Origin: Bacteroidaceae bacterium
GTDB lineage: Bacteria > Bacteroidota > Bacteroidia > Bacteroidales > Bacteroidaceae
Direction: 5' to 3'
Assembly: GCA_045612965.1 (NCBI GenBank)
Contig: JAZLAC010000026.1
Span: 4,845-68,844, forward strand
DNA length: 64,000 nucleotides
Below are positions 38,681-48,125 of this stretch, piece after piece. The notes beneath the pieces are model-generated. The model ran no database searches, was not told the origin of the DNA, and worked only from the letters and a program-made list of their open reading frames with translations. A program made the translations under genes and the position numbers. The stretch's first letter is position 1. Each line of letters starts with the position of its first letter.

Positions 38681-41600
38681 TTATTTTTGCTTTCTCTTGG
38701 GCTTCAGCCACATGAAGAGATCGGAAAAATAATTAAAGTCCCTCTTGAACTGTATGCCTATTCCCTGGGTGTTCAGCGATGACTGTACAAAGTATCGGTC
38801 ATTGGCCTGGTTGTAGGCCTTCAGGGATATGCTGCCATTTTTAGTCAGAAGGTATTCTACAGAGACATCGCTGATAAAATTGCGTTGAGTGTAGTATTTC
38901 TCCCTGTATCCAAAATTACCGTTAACCAGCAAGCGGTCGTCGAACAGCTTGCCACTCAACATTCCTTCCACATCTACGTTTCTCCAACCATCGTTTCCAG
39001 TCTTGATACTCGTGCCGATATTCCATTTGGCAGTTCCGGTGGCATTTGACAGGAATTCGTTTAAGTATGTAGACAACGTACTGCTGGCTATAGAGTTCAT
39101 GGCGGCAGTGCTTTGTGCATCGCCGGCAGCGTCAAAATTATAGAAACGCCCTAAACCAAGAAGGTATATAGCCTGCATGTTGCGCTCTTCCTCTGTACGC
39201 ACTATGGAACGTATCATCTGACGTTCATCCTCTGTAACATCGGGCAAGTCAAAGTCGAATGTTACAATCGGATGTTCGGGGCGTCCAGTCAAATCCATTA
39301 TACAGTCTACCTGTGTCTTTGAGAATCCAAGGGATGATGAAGTCAAGTCATCCAGGGATACTCCGTGCACGCTGTATACGGCTTGCAGGTCCAAATCCGC
39401 CTTCATTGGATCTCCGCCAAAGGTAATGGTACCATCGGGCTTAAACTTGAAGTCCTTTCGTATAATGTCCTGAAGGCTGAATTTGTATATGCCGTCCTGC
39501 ACGCGGTAAGTACCAAAGATATTGAATCGTCCCTTGTTGTGGAACTTTGCCATTATCCTGCCTCTGCCGCCAAGTTCTATTACATCACCGGATTTACGGT
39601 CCATTAGCAACCTTACCTTGGCCGCGGGAGTCATCTGCAGGTTAAAGTTGATGTATAAGTCGGATGAAACAGCAGAGCCTTCGTCTGTTGTTGCCGTTTC
39701 GGCTAATGGGGAAACATTGGCGGATATACTATTCACCTTATCCGACTCCTGAGAGAATATGGCGGCCGAATCGGAAACACCGCCACTTGTAAATGTTATG
39801 AAGCCTGCTTCCGTCAATGCTTCTGGGGTAGTTACATTATATGTGAATGTGGTTCCCTCATCGGGCATGGCATCAATGTCCACCTTCAAACTGCCCTCAT
39901 CGCCCTCAATGGCAACATTTCCGGTCGCAAAGCATGTTGCATGGAAAGAGTTCTCGCCAAATTCCCTGAAATCATAGCCAAGGAACTTGTTGGCTTTTGC
40001 GTTGAATTCAAAACGCAAGTTCTGAAAATGGTTAAAGGTAAGCCTGCCGTCAAATTTGGCCGTGTGCGGAAGATTGCCTGCCATGCGTTCCGATTTGCTA
40101 TATGATCGCGCATGGGAATCCATCAGCAAAGCATCGATGGTGATCTGGCCTGGACGAAGATGTACACTGTCCTGCTGCAAATGATAGACGGTTCCCAGCA
40201 TGGGCATGCCACAACGGGCATGGTCTACCATCATATCGCCCTCCAGGTCTATATAATCAAATGGGCCGAATATACGGCAATAACCGGAAGCACGGCCTTG
40301 GAAATCCTCGAATATGTCTTTAGTGAAAAAGTTGATAAAGCCTAAGTTAAAGTTCTTTGTATTAACCTTTAGGTCAAGTCCGTCGGCAACCTCCTTGCTA
40401 CCGATATTAAAACCGCCTTGAATGGTGGAAAGGTGTCCTGCCTCCGGATCGGAAATGCTGGCATTCAGAGAAAGGAAATTGGGTACGTCACCCCATTGCA
40501 CCTTGGCATCAAGGACGCCCATAGGGGCACTGTTGAAAGTAAAGTCATCCACCCTAATGTTGGCTGAAGCATTGGGATTGGACAAAAGACCCGTGGCAAT
40601 GGCAGTACCGCTTGCGTGACCATCGAACTCTACAGAGTGGAAATTTACCAAATCCAGGATGTACCCTACGTCTATTCTATGCAGGTTTACTTTCAGGGAA
40701 TCATGGCCCTCGTTTGATATCTTGCCATTCACTTCAAGTCCTCGGCTATGCGATTGGCTGACCTTGAATTCATGTATGGATACGGCCTGAGAATCCCAAT
40801 GAATCCTTGAAGGGTGAATACGCCACGTAGTGTCGGAAATGACAAAATCATTAGGAGCCACCCATATTCTGACATCATGCTTGCCATAGGCATCTTTAAG
40901 GAAATTGGCGGTAATATCCATTTCTCCGCAAAAGCGTGGCTTGCGGTTGTTGTCCAATCCTGCAATCACTCGCAACCTGTTGTCGCTGGCTTTGACACGT
41001 GCCGACATTGTTACGAATCCGCCCTGCTGTAACCTGTCTGTCCTAAACTTGGCGGTTAGGCTCTGGAGAGTTCCGCTTACATTTACATTACTATTGCGCA
41101 GATACTCTTTGCCGGCATAGAGTTGCGGGATAGCAGCGTCCATAAATATCGAGTCATAGCCACACATCTTGCCCGAGATACGGTTCCTTTCAGGCAAGGT
41201 GATATCCTGCAAGGCAATACGACGGAGCAGAACGGTGTCCTGGAAATCGGCCATAAAAGAGATCGTGTCGGCCTTGAACGGCATGTTCTTGTAGGGTATC
41301 AGGTTGGGCAGCTGCTCGTGCAGAGTATTCATTACGGTGGTAGCCAGGGTACTGAACCTGAAGCGTCCTTGTGCCGAAAGGTTCAGGGGTTCTGACTCTA
41401 TATCTATGGTACGTACACGTTTCCTATCCACATCTGTCTTGGCAGATAGTTGCAGGGGACCTGCTATAATAGACATGGAATCACTCGTTTCCATAATGAA
41501 ATCAGCGATGTTCAGTTCTCCACTGATATCATCAATGGTGCTTCCGGATATATCAATGTCGGTCTTTATGGAAAAACGTGTGTCAGGATATCTATTGCCC

Positions 41601-43189
41601 AGCGCAAGCCATTCCGCAAGGAATCTGTCCATATCAATGTTTCCGTAGATGCGGTGCTTTGCACCCCGTTTCCAGTTAAGTTTTCCCGTCAAGGTTCCGT
41701 AATGGTCCTCGATGCTGGTTTCAAGAGTCAGCAAACTGTTTTTGTGATTCAGCAAGATAGACAAGTCGTTGTAGTCCCTGTCTTGTACGGAAATTTGCGG
41801 GATGAGCGCTTGAATTTTTACATCCGGATTACCATTGGCATCACGGAGGAGTCCTGACAACCTTGCATCAATGGACACATTGCCCAAAGGATGTATTCCA
41901 TTGTCTGACAATAGTTTGTTCAGTTGAAAACCTCCCGACTTAACCTTGACGTCACACTGATTCCATTTGCTGGCTTGTGCTTCTATGGATATATTGCCGG
42001 CATGGTTCCTCAATTGCAAGGAAGCAAACTGGTCTTGCTCGGAAAACTGCATGCGTCCTCTAATAGAAACAGTGTCCAGGCGTGTCAGGACGGGTGAAAT
42101 CTCACGCTCAGAAGCATATAGCGTCTTGGTTATGAATTGTTGAAGACGGGAATTGACTTCCAGTTTCCTGAGATCACAAATATACAGGGGAGAGTTCGTG
42201 AAGCCCCTTACAAAGACTCCCGCCTCCAGGGAAAAAGATCCGTCATTTGCAATGTCAATACGCGGGACATTCAGGCATGAGTCGCTGACAAATACCTGTG
42301 CGGACAGCCTGAGCGGTTCATCGCCAGCCTTCATGGCAGGTACAAAAGAAGAAAGGTCGGAAGGCGTAAAAAGCATGGACAAGTTTCCATGCATTATAAG
42401 GCTGTTTAACCAGTTCTTCAAGTCATCTCCATCAGGGATTCCTTGCCATTTGGCCTCAAGGACAGGTGTTTCGATAAAAGAGTTGGGCAACTGCACTTTG
42501 AAGTCTTTCAGTTTGCCCCCATGACTACCTGCCGCAAGGTCAAAAGAAAGGTTCTTCAGTACAAACCCATTGTTCTCGTTGAAGGAAAAGCGCTTAACAG
42601 ATATGTTCAGGCTGTCTTCCTGTATAGTTCTGACATGTGCCGTTAGTGCGATATCCTTTAGGAAAATATGGTTCAGGTCGCCATTCCCGGCTTCCTTAAC
42701 CGGTATCCACTGCCTGTCCCAATGAACTTCCACCCTTCGCAAAAGCACACTGCCGATATGAAGGTTGATAGGAGTGCTGGTGGTATCGTTGCTGCTAAAC
42801 GTCTCGACAATAAATTGGAAGTTGGGCTTCTCTTCCGGTGAGGTCTGATAAAGGTATGCCTGTGTTCCGAACAACTGGGCATTGGCAATGCTTATCCTGC
42901 CCTCTAACAAAGGAAGAACCTCTAGCTTTGCCGCCAATCTGGAAGCGTGAAGCATGAGACTATCCTGGCGGTCCTTTAGGTTTATCTCATCTATTATCAG
43001 TCGGTTCCACAAGCCAATCCTGATTCGCCCAACGCTAATATCCCACCCCAAAAGGCTCTTCAGTACGGACGACGTCGCGCCCCCAGCCCATTCCTGCACC
43101 GAGGGTATACGCATGGCCACCTGTAACCCCAAGTAGAGTACACAGATCATGCCTATTGTCCACTGAATTGTCCTTTTGAGAAATCTCAT
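38681..43189 (-). CDS. tamB: translocation and assembly module protein TamB-like (DUF490 C-terminus)
   Basis: 1502-aa ORF with a single N-terminal TM anchor (TIQWTIGMICVLYLGLQVAM). The body is very long, beta-rich and repetitive, and the C-terminal region is typical of TamB/AsmA-like proteins. Confidence 0.7.
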   Translation of the reverse strand: MRFLKRTIQWTIGMICVLYLGLQVAMRIPSVQEWAGGATSSVLKSLLGWDISVGRIRIGLWNRLIIDEINLKDRQDSLMLHASRLAAKLEVLPLLEGRISIANAQLFGTQAYLYQTSPEEKPNFQFIVETFSSNDTTSTPINLHIGSVLLRRVEVHWDRQWIPVKEAGNGDLNHIFLKDIALTAHVRTIQEDSLNISVKRFSFNENNGFVLKNLSFDLAAGSHGGKLKDFKVQLPNSFIETPVLEAKWQGIPDGDDLKNWLNSLIMHGNLSMLFTPSDLSSFVPAMKAGDEPLRLSAQVFVSDSCLNVPRIDIANDGSFSLEAGVFVRGFTNSPLYICDLRKLEVNSRLQQFITKTLYASEREISPVLTRLDTVSIRGRMQFSEQDQFASLQLRNHAGNISIEAQASKWNQCDVKVKSGGFQLNKLLSDNGIHPLGNVSIDARLSGLLRDANGNPDVKIQALIPQISVQDRDYNDLSILLNHKNSLLTLETSIEDHYGTLTGKLNWKRGAKHRIYGNIDMDRFLAEWLALGNRYPDTRFSIKTDIDISGSTIDDISGELNIADFIMETSDSMSIIAGPLQLSAKTDVDRKRVRTIDIESEPLNLSAQGRFRFSTLATTVMNTLHEQLPNLIPYKNMPFKADTISFMADFQDTVLLRRIALQDITLPERNRISGKMCGYDSIFMDAAIPQLYAGKEYLRNSNVNVSGTLQSLTAKFRTDRLQQGGFVTMSARVKASDNRLRVIAGLDNNRKPRFCGEMDITANFLKDAYGKHDVRIWVAPNDFVISDTTWRIHPSRIHWDSQAVSIHEFKVSQSHSRGLEVNGKISNEGHDSLKVNLHRIDVGYILDLVNFHSVEFDGHASGTAIATGLLSNPNASANIRVDDFTFNSAPMGVLDAKVQWGDVPNFLSLNASISDPEAGHLSTIQGGFNIGSKEVADGLDLKVNTKNFNLGFINFFTKDIFEDFQGRASGYCRIFGPFDYIDLEGDMMVDHARCGMPMLGTVYHLQQDSVHLRPGQITIDALLMDSHARSYSKSERMAGNLPHTAKFDGRLTFNHFQNLRFEFNAKANKFLGYDFREFGENSFHATCFATGNVAIEGDEGSLKVDIDAMPDEGTTFTYNVTTPEALTEAGFITFTSGGVSDSAAIFSQESDKVNSISANVSPLAETATTDEGSAVSSDLYINFNLQMTPAAKVRLLMDRKSGDVIELGGRGRIMAKFHNKGRFNIFGTYRVQDGIYKFSLQDIIRKDFKFKPDGTITFGGDPMKADLDLQAVYSVHGVSLDDLTSSSLGFSKTQVDCIMDLTGRPEHPIVTFDFDLPDVTEDERQMIRSIVRTEEERNMQAIYLLGLGRFYNFDAAGDAQSTAAMNSIASSTLSTYLNEFLSNATGTAKWNIGTSIKTGNDGWRNVDVEGMLSGKLFDDRLLVNGNFGYREKYYTQRNFISDVSVEYLLTKNGSISLKAYNQANDRYFVQSSLNTQGIGIQFKRDFNYFSDLFMWLKPKRKQK

Positions 43190-43205
43190 ACCGTATTTTC
43201 TTTGA

Positions 43206-43213
43206 CAAAAGTA
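43206..43213 (-). promoter_or_regulatory. -7 promoter box (TACTTTTG) for tamB
   Basis: Plus caaaagta, reverse complement TACTTTTG, 17 nt upstream of the tamB ATG. It sits back-to-back with the nqrA box across a T-rich 43-bp spacer. Confidence 0.45.
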
Positions 43214-43256
43214 GTTCTTTTTTTTTATTTTTTAATAGTTTCTCAATAAAAAAGTG

Positions 43257-43264
43257 TACCTTTG
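43257..43264 (+). promoter_or_regulatory. -7 promoter box (TACCTTTG) for the nqr operon
   Basis: tacctttg on the plus strand, 39 nt upstream of the nqrA ATG. Confidence 0.55.
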
Positions 43265-43302
43265 TGCGAGATTGTATTAACATTTTATTTTATTAACAGT
43301 AT

Positions 43303-44631
43303 ATGGCAAAAGTAATCAAATTGCGTAAGGGCCTGGACATCAACCTGAAGGGAAAGGCTGCCAAGGAGACTGCTTCTGTGGAATGTCCTGGCGAGTATGC
43401 ACTCTGTCCGGAAGATTTCACAGGATTGAAGCCCAAGGTAGTTGTCAAGGAAGGTGATGCCGTAAAGGCCGGTGATGCCTTGTTCGTAGACAAGACGCAT
43501 CCTGAGGTATGTTTTGTCAGTCCCGTCAGCGGTACCGTATCACTGGTGGAACGTGGCGATCGTCGCAAGCTGTTGAGTGTCCGCGTAAAGTGCGACATGA
43601 AGTTTGAGGGCAAGACCTTCAAGACCGACGGCGATGTAAAGGCTTTGCTTATGGAGAGCGGTATCTTCGGTATGATCCGTCAGCGTCCCTACGACACTGT
43701 GGCAAATCCCGACGAGACTCCCAAGGCAATCCACGTAAGTGCTTTCAACAGCATGCCTTTGGCTCAGGACTTTGAGTATGTCCTCCAGGGCCAGGAGGCA
43801 GAGTTCCAGGCAGGTCTGACCGCCCTGTCCAAGATTGCCCCCGTGCGTCTTGGCGTCAGCAAGAAGCAGAGTGCCAAGGCTCTCCTGGGTGCTGCTAATT
43901 GCGAGGTCTATGTGTTTGACGGTCCTGCTCCTGCCGGCAACGTTGGCGTGCAGATCAACCACATCGACCCCATCAACAAGGGCGAGGTTGTATGGACACT
44001 GGGTGCTGAGGAGGTTATCATGCTCGGCCGCCTGATGAAGACCGGCAAGGTGGACTTCACCCGCACCATTGCACTGGCTGGTAGCGAGGTCAAGGCTCCC
44101 AAGTACTACAAGGTGAAGGTTGGTCAAAAGTTGTCTACTCTCCTGGCTGCTCAGGTAGCTGAAGGTGATGTTCGCGTCATCAACGGCAATCCCATGACCG
44201 GTGTGAAGACCTGCAAGGACGGCTATCTTGCTGCTCATGCTACCGAGGTGACTGCTATCCCCGAGGGTGCAGAGGCCGACGAGATGCTGGGTTGGATTAT
44301 GCCCCGTTTCTCTATGTTCAGCACACACCGCAGTTATTGCAGCTGGCTCTTCGGAAGCAAGAAGGAGTATGTTCTTGATGCACGTGTCAAGGGTGGCGAG
44401 CGCCACATGATCATGAGCGGTGAGTACGACAAGGTATTCCCCATGGACATCTATGCTAGCTATCTTATCAAGGCCATCATCACTGGCGACATTGACCGTC
44501 AGGAGGCTTTGGGTATCTACGAGGTTGCTCCCGAGGACTTTGCTCTTGCTGAATTCGTTTGTAGCTCCAAACTGGAACTCCAGCGCATTGTTCGCGAAGG
44601 CTTGGATATACTTAAGAAGGAGAATGCTTAA
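43303..44631 (+). CDS. nqrA: Na+-translocating NADH:quinone oxidoreductase subunit A
   Basis: 442-aa ORF. MAKVIKLRKGLDINLKGKA is the typical NqrA N-terminus. It is the first gene of a six-gene nqr array. Confidence 0.9.
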   Translation: MAKVIKLRKGLDINLKGKAAKETASVECPGEYALCPEDFTGLKPKVVVKEGDAVKAGDALFVDKTHPEVCFVSPVSGTVSLVERGDRRKLLSVRVKCDMKFEGKTFKTDGDVKALLMESGIFGMIRQRPYDTVANPDETPKAIHVSAFNSMPLAQDFEYVLQGQEAEFQAGLTALSKIAPVRLGVSKKQSAKALLGAANCEVYVFDGPAPAGNVGVQINHIDPINKGEVVWTLGAEEVIMLGRLMKTGKVDFTRTIALAGSEVKAPKYYKVKVGQKLSTLLAAQVAEGDVRVINGNPMTGVKTCKDGYLAAHATEVTAIPEGAEADEMLGWIMPRFSMFSTHRSYCSWLFGSKKEYVLDARVKGGERHMIMSGEYDKVFPMDIYASYLIKAIITGDIDRQEALGIYEVAPEDFALAEFVCSSKLELQRIVREGLDILKKENA

Positions 44632-44710
44632 TAGAATACGCAGCACTGCTGTGGTTTAGCGCTTGCACTATTCAGTGCCTAAAAACGCAACGTATAGCAA
44701 AGTGCCTTGC

Positions 44711-44765
44711 ATCGTGAAGCGACAGGCATCGCATCGTGAAGCGAAGGCAAACGGAACGTGAAGCA
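44711..44765 (+). repeat. three phased direct repeats (ATCGTGAAGCGA x2, ACGTGAAGCA) in the nqrA-nqrB spacer
   Basis: Copies lie at 44711..44722, 44733..44744 and 44756..44765, with start-to-start spacing of 22 and 23 nt, inside a 182-nt non-coding gap. Confidence 0.8.
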
Positions 44766-44813
44766 CAAGACCCATCAAGCAATGTTGCAATTCAATACAT
44801 TATTATTTATAAT

Positions 44814-45977
44814 ATGAAAGCGATAAAAAAACTTTTTGACAGTATGCGTCCCTACGTCCAGGAGGGCGGAAAGTTCCATGCTTTCCACTCGCTGTATGAC
44901 GGTCTCGAGACATTTGCTTTCGTGCCCAATACAACTGGCCGTAAAGGTGGAGTGAACATCCACGACGCTATAGATAGCAAGCGCATCATGAGTTTTGTGG
45001 TGCTCGCCTTGCTGCCCGCCTTGTTCTTTGGCATGTACAATGTGGGTTATCAGAATGCTTTGGCCGCTGGTGCAGACATGACCGACCACGTTGGCATGTT
45101 CCTCTTCGGCCTGGCTGCCGTTCTGCCCAAGATCGTAGTGAGCTACGTAGTGGGTCTGGGCATTGAGTTTGTCGTTGCCCAGTGGAAGAAGGAAGAGATT
45201 CAGGAAGGTTTCCTCGTTTCCGGTATCATCATCCCCATGATTATCCCCGTGAACACTCCCCTCTGGATTCTTGCTCTGGCCGTGGCATTCAGTGTTATCT
45301 TTGCAAAGGAGATCTTCGGCGGTACCGGTATGAACATCTTCAACCCCGCCCTGATTACCCGTGCATTCCTGTTCTTCAGCTATCCCAGCGCCATGACCGG
45401 CGACGATAGCGTGTGGGTGGCACAGGAGCAGATCTGCGGTTTGGGTCACAATGTGCCCGACACATTCTCTGCCGCGACTCCTCTTGGCGAGGCAGCAGTT
45501 GGCAATGCCGTACCCTGCCAGACCATCTGCGACTCCATCATCGGTCTCATCCCCGGCTCTATCGGTGAGACCAGCGTTATTGCCATTGCCCTGGGTGCCT
45601 TGCTGCTCCTGTGGACAGGTGTTGCAAGTTGGAAGACCATGCTGAGCGTATTCGTTGGCGGCGGCCTTATGGGCTGGCTCCTCGAGGGCGTTGGCGGCAA
45701 CCAGCTGGAATGGTGGCACCACTTCGTTCTGGGTGGCTTTGCCTTCGGTGCCGTGTTCATGGCCACCGACCCCGTTACCAGTGCCCGCACAGAATGTGGC
45801 AAGTACATCTATGGCTTCCTCATTGGTGTTGTGGCCGTGATGGTGCGCGTGCTCAATCCCGGTTACCCCGAGGGTATGATGCTTGCCATCCTGTTGATGA
45901 ACCTGTTCGCTCCGCTGATTGACTATGTATTCGTACAGAACAACATCAGCAAGCGTGCAAAACGTGCAACTAAATAA
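44814..45977 (+). CDS. nqrB: Na+-NQR subunit B
   Basis: The track ORF starts at a GTG (44736). Homology to NqrB begins at MKAIKKLFDSMRPYVQEGGKFHAFHSLYDG (ATG 44814). GGTGMNIFNPAL and MATDPVTSA blocks are present. Confidence 0.9.
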   Translation: MKAIKKLFDSMRPYVQEGGKFHAFHSLYDGLETFAFVPNTTGRKGGVNIHDAIDSKRIMSFVVLALLPALFFGMYNVGYQNALAAGADMTDHVGMFLFGLAAVLPKIVVSYVVGLGIEFVVAQWKKEEIQEGFLVSGIIIPMIIPVNTPLWILALAVAFSVIFAKEIFGGTGMNIFNPALITRAFLFFSYPSAMTGDDSVWVAQEQICGLGHNVPDTFSAATPLGEAAVGNAVPCQTICDSIIGLIPGSIGETSVIAIALGALLLLWTGVASWKTMLSVFVGGGLMGWLLEGVGGNQLEWWHHFVLGGFAFGAVFMATDPVTSARTECGKYIYGFLIGVVAVMVRVLNPGYPEGMMLAILLMNLFAPLIDYVFVQNNISKRAKRATK

Positions 45978-45989
45978 TATATAAGGTAT

Positions 45990-46820
45990 ATGGCTACAAA
46001 GAAATTCAAGTGCGAGTTGTGTGGTTATATCCACGAAGGTGACAAGGCTCCTGCCAGCTGCCCTAAGTGCGCTGCACCTGCCGATGCATTCACCGAGATT
46101 GTTGAGGCAGGTGCCGAGGCTCCTACCAAGAAGAAGGGTCTGGACACAAGCAGCAACACATACACCATCATCTATGCTTCGGTAATGGTAATCCTCGTTG
46201 CATTCCTGCTGGCGTTTGTTTCCAGTGTGCTCAAGCCCACTCAGGACGCTAATGTAGAGAACGACACCAAGGGTCAGATTCTCACCTCTCTGAACATCGA
46301 CATCAAGGCCGACGGCTACAACGTGGCTCAGGAGTTCGAGAAGAACGTGAAGGACATGCTCTGGAACGGCACAGAACTGGTTCCCTTCGAGGGCAAGTTC
46401 CTTTCTTCCTATGCTTCTGCCATCCAGGAAGGCGAACTTCACGTGTTCGTTGCCGAGGTTGAGGGCGAGACCAAGTACATCCTGCCCGTAACCGGCCGTG
46501 GCCTTTGGGGCAGCCTTTGGGGCTATGTGGCTCTGAATGCCGACAAGAAGACCGTTTACGGCACCTACTTCTATCACTCCAGCGAAACCGCAGGTCTGGG
46601 TGCACGCCTGGGCGAGCGCTGGTTCCAGGAGCAGTTCAACGGCAAACCCCTCTTCGAGGGCGAGAACACCGGTGCCATCGCCCTGAAGGTGGTGAAGGCT
46701 GGTTCTGCCGTGACTGATACAGAGGTGAACGGCATCACCGGTGCCACCCTTACCGGCAATGGTGTCGACGCCATGGTTCGCGAAGGCCTGGCAGCTTATC
46801 TGAGTTTTATCAACAATTAA
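45990..46820 (+). CDS. nqrC: Na+-NQR subunit C with N-terminal rubredoxin-like (rubrerythrin-type Cys4) domain
   Basis: 276-aa ORF. Residues 8-27 are CELCGYIHEGDKAPASCPKC (CxxC-x12-CxxC). The NqrC TM helix YTIIYASVMVILVAFLLAFV and the FMN-attachment context NGITGATLTGNGV follow. There is no alternative start between the Cys4 domain and the TM helix. Confidence 0.85.
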   Translation: MATKKFKCELCGYIHEGDKAPASCPKCAAPADAFTEIVEAGAEAPTKKKGLDTSSNTYTIIYASVMVILVAFLLAFVSSVLKPTQDANVENDTKGQILTSLNIDIKADGYNVAQEFEKNVKDMLWNGTELVPFEGKFLSSYASAIQEGELHVFVAEVEGETKYILPVTGRGLWGSLWGYVALNADKKTVYGTYFYHSSETAGLGARLGERWFQEQFNGKPLFEGENTGAIALKVVKAGSAVTDTEVNGITGATLTGNGVDAMVREGLAAYLSFINN

Positions 46821-46838
46821 TTATAGAGGACGCACAAT

Positions 46839-47474
46839 ATGAGTAAATTGTTTTCCGAGGAGAACCGCGCTGCGTTCTCCAAACCGCTGAACCTGGACAA
46901 CCCTGTAGTCATTCAGGTGTTGGGTATCTGTTCAGCGCTGGCAGTGACCTCTCAGCTCGAGCCCGCCATCGTTATGGGTCTCAGCGTTACCGTCATTACT
47001 GCTTTTTCCAATGTGATTATCTCTCTGCTGCGCAAGACCATCCCCAACCGTATCCGTATCATCGTTCAGTTGGTTGTGGTTGCCGCTCTCGTAACCATCG
47101 TTAGCGAGGTGCTGAAGGCATACGTCTATGACGTGAGTGTGCAGTTGAGCGTTTATGTAGGTTTGATTATCACCAACTGTATCCTCATGGGCCGTCTGGA
47201 GGCTTTTGCCATGCAGAACTCTCCCTGGCCTTCACTGCTCGACGGTATCGGCAACGGTCTCGGCTATGCCTGGGTACTGATCGTGGTAGGTTTCGTCCGT
47301 GAGCTCTTCGGCTTCGGCACCCTGCTCGGTTTCCAGATTATCCCCCAGAGCTGGTACGTGGAGAACGGCGGTTGGTATATGAACAACGGTATGATGGTCA
47401 TGCCTGCCATGTCCCTCGTTATCGTAGGTTGTGTAATCTGGGCTCACCGCTCATTAAACAAGGAGGAGAAGTAA
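46839..47474 (+). CDS. nqrD: Na+-NQR subunit D
   Basis: 211-aa polytopic ORF in the conserved operon position. NPVVIQVLGICSALAVT is typical of NqrD/RnfE. Confidence 0.9.
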   Translation: MSKLFSEENRAAFSKPLNLDNPVVIQVLGICSALAVTSQLEPAIVMGLSVTVITAFSNVIISLLRKTIPNRIRIIVQLVVVAALVTIVSEVLKAYVYDVSVQLSVYVGLIITNCILMGRLEAFAMQNSPWPSLLDGIGNGLGYAWVLIVVGFVRELFGFGTLLGFQIIPQSWYVENGGWYMNNGMMVMPAMSLVIVGCVIWAHRSLNKEEK

Positions 47475-47477
47475 TAT

Positions 47478-48104
47478 ATGGAACACATGATTAGTCTTTT
47501 CGTCCGCAGTATCTTTGTGGACAATATGATCTTCGCTTTCTTCCTGGGTATGTGCTCATACTTGGCCGTATCAAAGAACGTGAAGACCGCTCTGGGTCTG
47601 GGTGTTGCCGTAACCTTCGTGCTGCTGGTAACCGTTCCTGTCGACTATCTGTTGCAGACCAAGGTTCTCGGTCCCGACTGTCTCGTTGAGGGCGTCGACC
47701 TCAGCTTCCTGGCATTCATCCTCTTCATTGCCGTTATCGCAGGTATCGTGCAGCTGGTGGAGATGATCGTGGAGCGCTTCAGCCCCTCTCTCTATGCCTC
47801 TCTGGGTATCTTCCTTCCCCTGATTGCCGTTAACTGTGCCATCATGGGTGCCAGCCTGTTCATGCAGCAGCGCATCGGCATGGAGCCCACCAACTCTCAG
47901 TACATCGGTTCCGTTGGCGATGCCGTGGCATACGCACTGGGTAGCGGTATCGGCTGGCTGCTGGCCATCGTAGGTCTGGCTGCTATCCGCGAGAAGATGG
48001 CTTACACCGACGTTCCCAAGCCTCTGCAGGGTCTTGGCATCACATTCATCACCGTAGGTCTGATGGCTCTTGCCTTCATGTGCTTCAGCGGTTTGAACAT
48101 CTAA
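47478..48104 (+). CDS. nqrE: Na+-NQR subunit E
   Basis: 208-aa polytopic [15 protein letters not shown] and IAVNCAIMG blocks are typical of NqrE/RnfA. Confidence 0.9.
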   Translation: MEHMISLFVRSIFVDNMIFAFFLGMCSYLAVSKNVKTALGLGVAVTFVLLVTVPVDYLLQTKVLGPDCLVEGVDLSFLAFILFIAVIAGIVQLVEMIVERFSPSLYASLGIFLPLIAVNCAIMGASLFMQQRIGMEPTNSQYIGSVGDAVAYALGSGIGWLLAIVGLAAIREKMAYTDVPKPLQGLGITFITVGLMALAFMCFSGLNI

Positions 48105-48125
48105 TACATAGGAGGATTTAGACAA

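Noticed and set aside
38469-38711. 80-aa minus-strand ORF and a 41-codon plus-strand ORF crossing repeat copy A. The 117-aa (60713..61066, +) and 96-aa (60757..61047, -) ORFs cross copy B.
   Set aside because: The translations are Arg/Gly/Pro/Ser-rich in every frame. The two DNA copies are homologous in opposite orientation relative to their neighbours. The sequence is dominated by hairpin symmetry, so it behaves as a non-coding repeat.
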